Source of the DNA: Podarcis pityusensis
Taxonomy: Eukaryota
Length of the DNA stretch: 64,000 nucleotides
Assembly (NCBI GenBank): GCA_964106645.2
Contig: OZ067039.1
Strand: one strand, 5' to 3'
The notes beneath the pieces are model-generated. The model saw nothing but the letters and a program-made list of their open reading frames with translations. It was not told the DNA's origin and made no database searches. The position numbers were made by a program, and so were the translations under genes. This document shows positions 1 through 11,095 of this stretch, in pieces (within the stretch, counting starts at the first letter, position 1; each line of letters starts with the position of its first letter).

Positions 1-796
1 GCTGGTGTGTAGAAATTTAATGCAGAAGCAAAGCTTCTGATTCTTCCTTGCAGCTGTGCTGGAGGACAAAGGGAAGAGAGGGAGGGGAATAGCATGACTT
101 TTGAACCAGGCCAGTACCTGCTGCCACCACCAAAATAAATGATATGTAGACAAAATATGCAGTTCTGAAGCATCCCATACAGGAGTCCCATAGCTAATAT
201 ATTCAGTGAATTCACTCTGACATGCATTCCATGTGGTATAGACTTAGGTTTGAACTATGAAGCTTAGGAGCAGGTCTTGGGCAACTCACAATCCTTTAAC
301 TTACCTCATAACAGGAGTGCCAACTTAGCCCCTTGACCATGGGTGCCATGCAATGTGCATGTGGCCCTGGCACCAGAATTTGTGGGTTCCCAGCCCCTTT
401 ATGGGGAATTTTGTGAGTGCTCAGGCACCCAAGGCCTCGGAGAGTTGGCACCTATGCCTCATAAAGTTGTTATGTGGACTGAATGAGATAATGCTATGTG
501 TTCTTTTAAATTACTTATTATAGATATTTCCAAATCGTTTAGACCTTCTTGGAGGAAGGGAAAGAAAAATATGCAGTTGCTAACAATAGATGATGCAGAG
601 TCCCATTTTATAAAGAGTCTCACTTTGGTGCTGTCTGCAACTGAAGAAATAACTGTTGCTGAAGGTTGCTCTTTCTTTACAAATATGTTATCACGGAACA
701 GTTTGCCAAGGACTCACAAATAAAAATGGGTTTAATGTGCTAACGAACAATGTATCTGTCTCCACTTGTGTGTGCCCACTTCTTGCATAAATATAT

Positions 797-802
797 TTTA
801 TT
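797..802 (-). promoter_or_regulatory. Candidate polyadenylation signal AATAAA
   Basis: tttatt on the + strand at the end of an AU-rich tract downstream of the COL23A1 stop. Confidence 0.4.
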
Positions 803-952
803 GTGGCACTAATGAGTTGTTTTTTTTAAAGAGAGTTCAGAAATGAAAAGTACTTTTAAATATTTCTTCTGGATTTTGTTTTTCCAGTGCTGCCACTGAC
901 AGCTGTTAATAAGAGAGAACGATGAAGAAGTAATTTGTCTATTTTCTCAAAA

Positions 953-980
953 AAGAAAGAAAGAAAGAAAGAAAGAAAGA
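953..980. repeat. (AAAG)n microsatellite
   Basis: Seen directly. Confidence 0.9.
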
Positions 981-3900
981 ATAGTATAGCCAGTATTAAA
1001 TTTCATAAGCAGTTATCCAGAAGGGCATGGATGCATGTGGCCTTTTTTTGAGTGTTCACTCACAGAAACTTTGCCCTCCCTGCCAAAGCCAGTAAATTAC
1101 TAACTGAACTTCCAAAATTGAAAACAGTGAGGGGATTTGGCACAAAAATGGGAGTTGGGGGGGGGGGGGAGAGGATTTAAAGCAGCCAGTCCACTTGCAT
1201 CTGTCTTGACTGGGGCTATAATTGTGCATTATTACTATTGTCACACTACGACATACATGCTCCAGCCTTTTGCTTCCTTTCCTTTTGCTAAGGATGACAT
1301 TAACAGAATGGCAATTAGATAGATGTACAGTGTACTCAGCAAACACTACAGATTGCAGGGAAATATTTTGCCAGGAGATAAGATTTGGAGGAAATGATAT
1401 GCCGTAGACTAGGAAGAAGAGAGTTGATTTTGCTGCCCATGGACTTGCCACTGGTTTTTGCCACCTGTAAAAGAGTATTACATGCAGAAAACGAAGCTAT
1501 GCACACAGCTGTTTGACTTTCAAGGAAGCCTTGAAAGCTAGTCTTTTGTATGGAAGGTTACAGCATTTTAACTGACAATTTAAAGTATCTAATTTCTTTC
1601 TTAAGTCAGTGTAGTTTATCTTCATTTACACAACAGTCTAATATCATTACCGAGCAAAATGCCATACGGACATCAGAAATCATACAATAAAGCTATCTTA
1701 TATGTAACCCAAGTAGTTAACAAGTGAAGCAATGTTAACTTTATAGTCTATTTTTGTGTGTATAGTATGCATCTTCTACCATGTGAAGAATTGTACACTG
1801 TTTAAAGCATTAACTGCAGTTTTTCTAGAAGACTTTACAAGTAGTAATAATAGAAATAATATACATTATTGCTAAAGATTCAGAGGATAGCAATCCAGAA
1901 CCCCTCTTCTACCTTACACTGAGAGCACCATGCCATCCTTACACATGTGACTTCTGATTAGTAACGCGAACCAGCACTTTGGAATAGAATTACACCCCAT
2001 CTCTGGGAATGAGGGCTTAAACTCTGAATTAGGATGAAGCCAATTAGCACCAAAATAAAACGGGAGAGGGAAATGCAGGCTTCCTAGGTTTTGTTCAAAC
2101 CGCGAAGTATTATGTCCCTTGGTTCCTATAAACGTGAGCTTTCATCATAGTTTTGTGCCTAGTTGATCACTGTCACTGCTTGCTGGTGTTCAAACAAACA
2201 TGACTCTGAGGAAACTGTCATATTAGGCATTAACTAAATGTTCAGAGGCGAAAGGGTTCAAATGCTTCCATGAAGCTGTAACCTCTTTCCACGGGTCAAC
2301 ATTGCTCAGTCAGTTCTGCAGCTGCTCCCAACTATGCTTGCCAACTCACAGAGAACTGCTGTGCTTTTAGCAGCTGTGAGGCAGAGAGAGGACCAAGGCA
2401 AACAGCTTCTGCTATCACAGTGGTCAGACCAGCAGGACCAGATGAACTTTTTCTTGCCCTATGGAAGACATTGGTGCTCTTCAGAGCCAGGAGCCATTAA
2501 CTCCACTTCTGCTGCTCTCCCTATTTACCTCAGTACCTTCCAAGCAATATACCGTACTTCTACCTAACATGTTTTGTAGCCCTTACTTCTTAGGTAGCAT
2601 GCCCCCTGGATGCTCCTGGATCCACCCAGCATCAAAACATCATTTGCCAGAACCTTTCTATACTCATTGTATGCTTGTGAAAACATTTTAGTTAACATGG
2701 CCTTTTAAATAAAAGATTCGAAACCTGGAGCGTGAAGAGTTTCTCCAGTGTGGTGTTTGGCCGAGGAAGCAAACCGGTGGAAGCTAACCTGTATCCTTCC
2801 AGATGCTGTTGGACTCCAGCCCCCATCAGCCCTAACCTGAGATGACGGGGTTGCAGTCCAGCAACATCTGAATGGCTCCCCATCCCTAAAGTAAACAAAC
2901 TGTGTGTATGTGATCCCATTGGCAGCACAACAACAAGGGGGGGTATAGAACATTATATAGTTGCATAAATGGGTGAACAGTTTTGGCTGTGCTGCTTGAA
3001 ATGAAATTGCTTATTGCTACAAATATAGGTTCAAGGTAGGCTATGTGTGGACATGCTTAGGTTCTTGAAATTAGTAAGCTATTGTTCAATATACCAATGG
3101 TAAATATGCAGGATCCTCCACTAGCAGTATTTTCTCCTCTTATTTGTGCTCATACCCACAATCCACTGGGACTAGCTGCATTCCAATCAACTGCTAGAGT
3201 TCCATGCTTTTTGTAGCCATTGTGTTTGGATTTGGCCAGAAGTTCTCAGGCACACTAAAGAAATGTGCCTGTTCTCACTTTATGCTTTGCTGTAAGGGGT
3301 CACTGATGTAACACTGGTACACCTTTGTTTGCTGCATAAAATATGGAGATTCTCCTAGACACCTTTACTTTGAAGAACTGAAACTGAAAGAGTTGTTTCC
3401 ATGACCAAGTAAGTGACCAAACAACCACTGATGCTATTATTGAACTCCTGCGCTTCTGACCATAGGTAGTTTTATTTGGGAGGTGCTTACACACCAATGA
3501 AGATACTCCTCCTTGAGTTATGTACTTGGTTCTGCATATGGGAGTGGGAGAGCAAAGTACAAAAACAGAGCTCCAGTTTATCAGTACTGATATGGCAAGC
3601 CCTGCCAATTCAGGGAAGCAAGCACTGGACTTCATACAGGAATCCCTTCCCAGTTTGCAAACATGAGCTGGCACTCATGGACTGTGGCTGTGGAAGGGGT
3701 TTTAATCAGCACTGGTGTTATGCTGCAAATCTGTAAAACTGAGATGAATATTGTACTGTTTCCTCTGTGTGTTTGTGTGTGATCTGTATGATATGTGAGG
3801 CACTACAAGTTTTTCCAATTCCGCAGTAATTACAAAAGTTCCCGAAGAGAATCAACCCGCTTTAAGTCACAGATTGTAGAATGATAAGCAGAGGTTCTCC

Positions 3901-5026
3901 CGGCGACAAAGTTTTCTACATGTGGAAAAAGCTGCCACAGATGACAGAGGTGATCATAACGACCAAGAACGTAACTGTTTTCTTCAAGGTGGAGGTATGT
4001 AGCAGCATGTGTGGTTACGTTTGTGTTGCATTTCCGGGTTGGAGGTTCCTCCTACATTCATCCGCAAGCCACCGTTTGTCTCATTTCTAAGGCTGCAACT
4101 TCTTTTTCTTTTTCATTTTCTCCTCCATTTCTATCTGTGGCTATGTGCAACAGAATTGCAGAGTTGAAAGCCATTGGTTGAGAAGAGGGGAAGTTCCTTC
4201 TCCCATGCAATAAGGCACACAAGGCACAGTTTCTCAGTGCTGTTATTCCACACGGTAGCGTTAGCAGCAAGTAACAATCATTCCCAATTATTTCAGTGTC
4301 CAGTTATAAAATAGTTATTGGTTATGTACGCTTGTCCTATGGGCCTTGGAAACGTTTATATCTTTTAAAATCCATACATGAAAGCATCCAGTATAAAAAG
4401 ATCAATATATTACTGTTGAAGAGTTATTGTTTTTTTGTGACTTCCCCCCTCTTTTTTGTATAAAAATTAGAAAAAGATCAAAATATATCACACTATTATT
4501 TACACTGTCCATGCTTGGAGGATCACTGTAAAAAAACACAAACATGTTTTAAAAAACACACACACGGGCATAGCATGCATCTCACTCTCATCTACTGCGA
4601 GACAGTGGTGACATTGCTGACTTCAATCTATTATTATTATCATATATTGCATGGTTTAAACTCACTAAGCGCAATCTTAAATGAGGATGTGGAGGGAGTA
4701 AAGTAGACGACCATCTACTTTTTCCAAAGCTGTACCAGTGTGTATCATCCAAGGTGGAAGGTAGGCCATGTAATTATTCCATCTAGCAGTGCTGATTCTT
4801 TTTCTTTAATTCTCGCCATTTTCTTTAATACTCGCTATTTTGAAAATTTTTGGAGGGGCTGGAGGGTGGGGAGATTAATGGGCCCAATCCCAGGGCCTCT
4901 TGAGGGAGTGTATGGGCTTTGGATTCAGCCGACTGAAGGCCACCTCTGCCCTGCCTCTGCTGAGTCCATTCTGTCCCTAAAATGCTCCATTTGGGGGCCT
5001 AACACTAGCTACTGCTGGTAGAAATA

Positions 5027-5342
5027 CAGTGGTGCCCCGCAAGACGAATGCCTCGCAAGACGAAAAACTCGCTAGACGAAAGGGTTTTGTGTTTTTTTGA
5101 GTCGTTCCGCAAGACGAATTTCCCTATGGGCTTGCTTTGCAAGACGAAACGTCTTGCGAGTTCTTGTGAATTTGTTTCCTTTTTCTTAAAGCCGCTAAGC
5201 CGCTAATAGCCGCTAAGCCGTTAATAGCCGCTAAGCCGCTAATAGCTGCTAAGCCGCTAATAGCCGTGCTTCGCAAGACGAAAAGACCGCAAGACGAAGA
5301 GACTCGCGGAACGGATTAATTTTGTCTTGCGAGGCACCACTG
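5027..5342 (+). mobile_element. Tc1/mariner (Tigger/pogo-like) MITE, copy 1
   Basis: TIRs CAGTGGTGCC(C/T)CGCAAGAC, TA duplication, internal (AATA)GCCGCT microrepeat. Confidence 0.9.
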
Positions 5343-6463
5343 TACCACTTGCAATAGGCCTATGGAAATCTATGCCTGCAATAGATGTATGTCCACATGC
5401 TTTCCTCGCTGGTAGAAAGACAGCTCCATCCTATCCTGATCTTTTCCAGTCAGTAGATCTGAGGGATTGCTCTGCCCTTGCTTAATAATGCCTGACATGT
5501 GTAATAATCTCTAGGTTGCTTGTGGAATCCTCCTGTTGGTTGCGACGGCTTTCCTCTCCACTATAGCTTGAAACAGAAGCACCACCCAGTCATTTGCTGC
5601 CCTTCTTTGTATATATAGCCCTGAAAACAAAACACTACAGGGGAAAGCTGCACAGAGACTCTCAGAAAAGGTTGGTTGGACATAGGAAGAGTTACGATAA
5701 TAAAGAAAAAAAAGGCACTAGGTTGTTTTGTTTTTGCCTCTCACACAAGAACTGAGCTAAAATGGGGGAGCTGACTTTTGTACATGGCTTTATGCCCATT
5801 GAAAAGTGTCATATAGGTGTGGGGGAGCATGAAATATTTGCAGAAAGAGTCTCATCAGCCATGGCAGCAGAGCCATTTCCCCCTGTATGGAAATCCAAAA
5901 TTGATGCAGCTCTAGTATTAAAACCTGACTCAGAAAAATAACTTAAGAAGAGGGTTGATGCCTGCCAGCACAATTTTACTGCTGTGGATTGTGGCCTGCA
6001 TTCAAGGACACTGGTTTGCCACCATCATGGGCAGCTCTGCCCTAAATTTGCACTAATCTAAATGTTTTTTTAAAAAATATATAGCATAATGCAGACATGA
6101 AAGCAAGATGCAAAGTCAGCATTAAAATGGAAATAAAACCAGATTTATTTGCCAGGCATAGAATCAAAAAGATAGAATCAAGCAGGAATAAGTTGGCATA
6201 TTTCCTGACCAATTAATTTTAGTTATAATTTCATAAGCAAAATGCTGAGTTTCTTGTCTCTTTGGTCTAATCCCTCTATGATGGCTATATTAATATCGGG
6301 TATTCAGCAAAGATATCTACATTTGCCTCAGTTCATTTTCTCCCCCTTTCCCCCCTTTTCCTTTACAAAATAGCTCTATTATGTATTAGTTCCATGCTAT
6401 TACTCTTGCTAAGCAACTATCTTAATTCAAGCCAAAGAGAAAATCTAAGGTAGGGTACGATAC

Positions 6464-6502
6464 CTTGTGCCAACATCCTGGTACTGGTAATCCATCTGGT
6501 CC
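6464..6502 (-). CDS. COL23A1: COL23A1 exon, 39 nt, GPDGLPVPGCWHK (NC4)
   Basis: ttgcag|...|gtatc; peptide matches the collagen XXIII C-terminus. Confidence 0.95.
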
Positions 6503-8064
6503 CTGCAAAAAGTAAGTAACAATTTTGTATTCTTGGAAAGCACCAAGTGTATCATAACAGCAACACACACACCCACACACACACACCCACCCACACCCAT
6601 ATATGATGGATCTGCAAGACCTACCATTACCATAAACGTATTGGAAATATCCATACAAAAAAAACCCATGTGCTGTGTTTGAAAAGTAGGTATGTAGGAA
6701 CAAATCACATTCCATGTATTTCACAAATAAAACAAATTCATAAACAATTACTCAAATTCATAAACAATTGCTTAAAAAATTCATCAGCTCTCCGTATTAA
6801 AGCAAATTTAGTTTTTTTATTTTAATATGTTTTGTTTCATGCTGTAATATGAGTTTGATGAAGGGAAGAAAGAGCTATACAAGGATAAACTCAATACCAA
6901 TATAAGTAAAATTATTTCAGGCAACTCTCAGACAGTATCTCTTAGCTCAACTCTGTGACACGGGAGACTGACTGGTGAATGGCTGTCTTTCAAAATGGGA
7001 AGTACAATGCCAATGGACAAGCAGAGGCATGAACATCTTCCCTACCTATCTTAGGTAAAGCATTCTTTGCATATTATCCATACTGTTTCCAGGTTTAGTT
7101 TCTGGCTATCAATTGTAAAATACTTTCCTTGCTCGCAAACCATTTTCTTTCTTGCAAATCAGCTACACAGGTCAATTTATAATGTTAAAAATGCATTATA
7201 AAAATGTGACACTAGATGGTGCTATAGAGCAGAATCTAAAGTCAATGGCAGATACCTTGGGAGCGTAGTTGTCCCCCCCCCCCCATAGCATTTTAATGGC
7301 ATTTTTTATATCTCTATAGATCCAGCAATGCTCTTGAGGGGGGTGGAATAGGCTCGCAACATCAGAATAACTCTAGCCTATGGGATTGGCTGATGTGATA
7401 ATGTATGCAAGCTGGCCATTCATTCAGAAGTCACAAGACAGGGAGAGTGCTTTAGATAACTGAAATGTTAAAATCATTTGTGGCATCAGATACATAAATA
7501 GGCATAGCTGTTGATTTCAACCTGTACACATTGAAACTACTCAAACTTATTTGCACTAAGAACGTGTTTCAAACCCCATGATATCCAGGAATATGTGGCT
7601 GAATGACACAAACATACTAAATGTTTGTGCAAATTCATATCAGTTTAAAAAAGTTTTCCTCCCTCCGCCCTTCCAGGTATTTAACTGCCTGGTTCATGCA
7701 TACAACTTGCTAAGCTTATAGTAGCCAGAAGTATTGACAGACCTTTGGCTACAAAGCCAGACTCTAGAATTAAAAATATATAACCATTTAGTTTCACAAC
7801 GCGGCATGAATCTGGGTGGAACGAACTGGAGCATTGTGAACTGGCTTGTGAAATGTCAGTTCTTCCATATGTCTGTACAACGTTTGGTCTTTCACAAGTC
7901 ATACAGACACCTGACAAATTCTGGCCACATTTTCCTATAAAAGAATGGAGGTTCCAGAGGGAAAGGAAGGGAGAAAGCGGAAAAAGACTATGTTATGCAA
8001 GAAAAGGGCTAAGTTATGCAGAAAAAGTCATGCAAAAGAAGAAAGAAAGGGGGGGATACTATAC

Positions 8065-8114
8065 CAAAGGGCAGAGCATATCCACACCATCCAGTTCAGG
8101 TAAACCTGGCTCCC
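8065..8114 (-). pseudogene. COL23A1: Degenerate alternative NC4-proximal exon, (G)EPGLPELDGVDMLCPL, 50 nt
   Basis: ttaaag|...|gtatag; paralogous to the GLDQPCPV exon but one base short of frame and carrying a Gly>Glu change. Confidence 0.6.
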
Positions 8115-9049
8115 CTTTAAAAATGAACTGTTAATTGAAAATGGAGAAATACACAGAAAAGTTTATAAGAAAGCAAAAGGAAAGAAGGAACAGAAAAAAG
8201 TGAAGAAATAATTCAGAAGCTTACAGAAATGTTAAGCATGGGGGATCTCTGACCTGGAGGGCAAATGTGGTCCTCCAGACCTCCCTTATCCGGCCCTTTG
8301 TACTCTCCCCAGGCCACACCCCTCACTGGCCCTGTCCCCACACCCTCTGGGGCTGCTTTCCTTGTGTCCTTCAACTGTAAGAATGCCTCTTACTTGCCTG
8401 GAGGTAGGGTAGACAGGTGTGTGTAGAACTTCTGACTTTTGCATGGCCAAAATGCAGCCTAATGTAAGAGTCACATCCATCGCTCCAATGATTTTCGTCT
8501 GAGGGCACACCCACCGGCATGTGACTCCCGCATGCCTGTCCATGATATTCAAGATATTTAAGGCTGCCCCGTCCCTTTTTGTGATGTTTTTTGGTCACTT
8601 CTGGGTTTGGCACATTGTACGTGGTTGTGCACATATCAGACATGCCAAAAATGGTCACTGCCTGTATACAGGACTGAAATAAATCAAAACTGGCTTGAAG
8701 AACGAACCATCTGTTTGTGCCTATTGTGTGCTTGGTTTCTGTTCTGTCCTCCTACTGTTAAGCTCAGTGAGCAGTTACATTGTTTTTTTCATGGGTTCCT
8801 TTCTTTGATTGCTGATTTGCATATGAGGTGCCTTTCCCATTTTGTGTCTACCCTAAAACATGTACATCAAGAAAGTGACATTCCAGCATCATGATAAAAA
8901 GAAAGGCCAGTGAAATGGAACTATTGGCCTTCTGCCGTTATCCAAGTTCAAAGGAGTCTGCCTCCAGAAACCTTTTTGTGCTTCAGATGTCAAAAAGCAA
9001 CGGAGATAATTTAAAGCAAACATATATTCCCAGCAATATCAAACCATAC

Positions 9050-9136
9050 CACTGGACAAGGCTGATCCAATCCAGGCGGCCCTGGCTCTCCCTTTTGCCC
9101 TTTTGCTCCTTTTCTACCTGGAAGTCCTCTTTCTCC
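9050..9136 (-). CDS. COL23A1: COL23A1 exon, 87 nt, GERGLPGRKGAKGQKGEPGPPGLDQPCPV
   Basis: AG/GT boundaries, Gly-X-Y repeat, diagnostic LDQPCPV. Confidence 0.95.
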
Positions 9137-9870
9137 CTGTGACACAACAGAAAAATCAAAGCTCTTTTATAATCTGAAAGATTGGAGTGAGAGAAATACC
9201 ACTTATTAAGTCATGAATTTAGCGTCCACCTGTTTGCAATGTGTTATAGACTTATATAAGTGGCTTATATATCATGTGAAAGCTCAAATATAATACAGAA
9301 ATTAACAGAGAAGCACCGGAAAGAAAGAATAACCTGCTGTGTGAATGCAGTCCATGAGTGGTCACTTAAGAACAAACCTTCGTTAGCACTCATGGTTCAT
9401 TTGGTGAGCAGCAACCTACTAAGCTGCCTGGGTTTGGATGTAGTGCTTAGCCAGACTATGGTTTTGCTCTTGGCAGCATGGCAGCGGAATCAAGAGTAGG
9501 AGAGAAGCAAAGTGGGACATCAAGAACAAACCTGGTTACTGCTCATAATGCTTTATACTTTTGCCTTGCATATGCATTCACCTACAAAATCTGGCATATG
9601 ACCACATAATATTTCTGCAAATTTGAACTACCTTCAATTGAACAAGATATAGTTGGGCTCCCCTGTCCTCAAAGATTAAAGGTGAAATATATGGCCCTGT
9701 TCAGATATGCAGTAAATAGTTCTCCAGTATTAAAAGACTCTATAATGACAAATCATCTAGTGATATCTAGTACCATTTATGTAGATGAGGGCCAACATTT
9801 ATTTTAGGGGATGTTGTCAGTGAGTATGGACTTTTTGTGTGTGAACAGATGAATTAGAAGCAATACAGAC

Positions 9871-9924
9871 CTTTTCTCCTCTCTCACTTTTTTCTCCTTT
9901 TTCTCCTCTTAGGCCTGGGAAACC
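9871..9924 (-). CDS. COL23A1: COL23A1 exon, 54 nt, GFPGLRGEKGEKSERGEK
   Basis: AG/GT; carries the SER helix imperfection I recall from mammalian COL23A1. Confidence 0.93.
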
Positions 9925-10244
9925 CTATAAGAGCAACATGGGGGAAAAAGTATGTGTTTAGTGCCAAATAGTTCTGGTAATGAGGAAAAGGAAAAACAAG
10001 GTTGTTGTTTTTTAAAAGCAACCACTATGAATTGAGACAATGAAACATTTTCAGGAAAAAAGTATGTGCGTGTTTTGTACTAGAACTGTTTGTTTATTTC
10101 TTGCACCCTACTCTTCCTCATACAAAGCCCAGAACAGCTTAACACCATTTATAAAGTTCAGCATTAAAAACAAAGCTAGGCTGTGATTCACTACAAAGTG
10201 CAAAAAAAAATATCACTTGGGATATTGCTATTAAAGCATTTATC

Positions 10245-10317
10245 CTGATGAAGCACAAGGATGTTGCAGATCTTATACTACTACTCATATGTGGCCCAGC
10301 GACACCTCTTTCACCTT
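10245..10317 (-). pseudogene. Partial duplicate of the 15589-15660 exon end and its donor flank; donor destroyed
   Basis: Near-identical to about 15546-15617, but ctcacat is changed to ctcatat (GT>AT on the minus strand). Confidence 0.8.
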
Positions 10318-10465
10318 GGTATAAACCAAGGCTGCATCTACATTGACCTTCTAAACGTTATTGAACTGAACATTCTCTAAGGTTCAGTGGCAGTTTCCCT
10401 TTGTCAGTGGTTCACTGCTCTGCAGCGTGACAAGTGTAGATCCACCCCAAATCAGGCAATAGGTC

Positions 10466-10836
10466 TGTGGAGAGAATCAGAACCTACAGGGTTAAGAGGT
10501 TCTGTGTGACGTCTTACATTCTGAGGCGTGGTTGAGTATACTGAGGGGAGTGTTTCCTGAGTTCAGTTCTGGTTTCGCTTTTGCGGAGAGAGGACGCAAG
10601 ATGTGTGCGTTGTCGCCCGGAGAGATTTAAGAGCTGTTTTTCTACACGAATAAAGACTTTTAGAAGATAAGGAAGACACCGTGCGTGCTGCCTGATTTAT
10701 GTTTACACACACGCACAGCAACAGTTTCTCGCTGCGTGCACTCTGCCCCCCTGCCTAGGTCAGCTTCAGGCTTCCGAGCAGAGCTGCGCAGGGGAAGCGC
10801 TGGCTGGACGGCAGGGCAATTTGCCAAAGGCCAATA
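10466..10836 (+). repeat. 5' LTR (371 bp, TG...TA)
   Basis: Direct repeat of 13794-14164; AATAAA at 10649-10654. Confidence 0.95.
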
Positions 10837-10844
10837 GGTTATGG
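10837..10844 (+). promoter_or_regulatory. Primer-binding-site-like GGTTATGG
   Basis: Immediately after the 5' LTR; matches the first 8 nt of the copia-type GGTTATGGGCCCAG site for an internal fragment of tRNAiMet. Confidence 0.6.
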
Positions 10845-11095
10845 ATGGTCAGAAAACGCTTTGAAGCTGTTGCCAGACGTGCCGGGGTGTGTGTGGGAGC
10901 CAGCTGAGGAGAGGCTGTGGAGAGCTTGGAGCTGTGCCTAACGTTTGAAGGCAAGCTGACGACGCTGAAGCCAGCTTTGAGTCCTGCCTGAAGCTGAGAG
11001 AGGCAGACGAACTCAGCTGGGAGGAGCTGATCTGCTGGACCGGGAGCTGGAGAGCTGCTGTTTGTTTACGTGAGTACGCTGGGCCCCGGGGAAAG

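Larger units (their letters stand above)
797..4525 (-). other. COL23A1: Terminal exon: stop codon TGA (4523-4525) plus long 3' UTR
   Basis: Acceptor gtttttttacag|TGA directly follows the ...CWHK exon in frame. The 3' end is inferred from the AATAAA at 797-802 and is uncertain. Confidence 0.7.
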
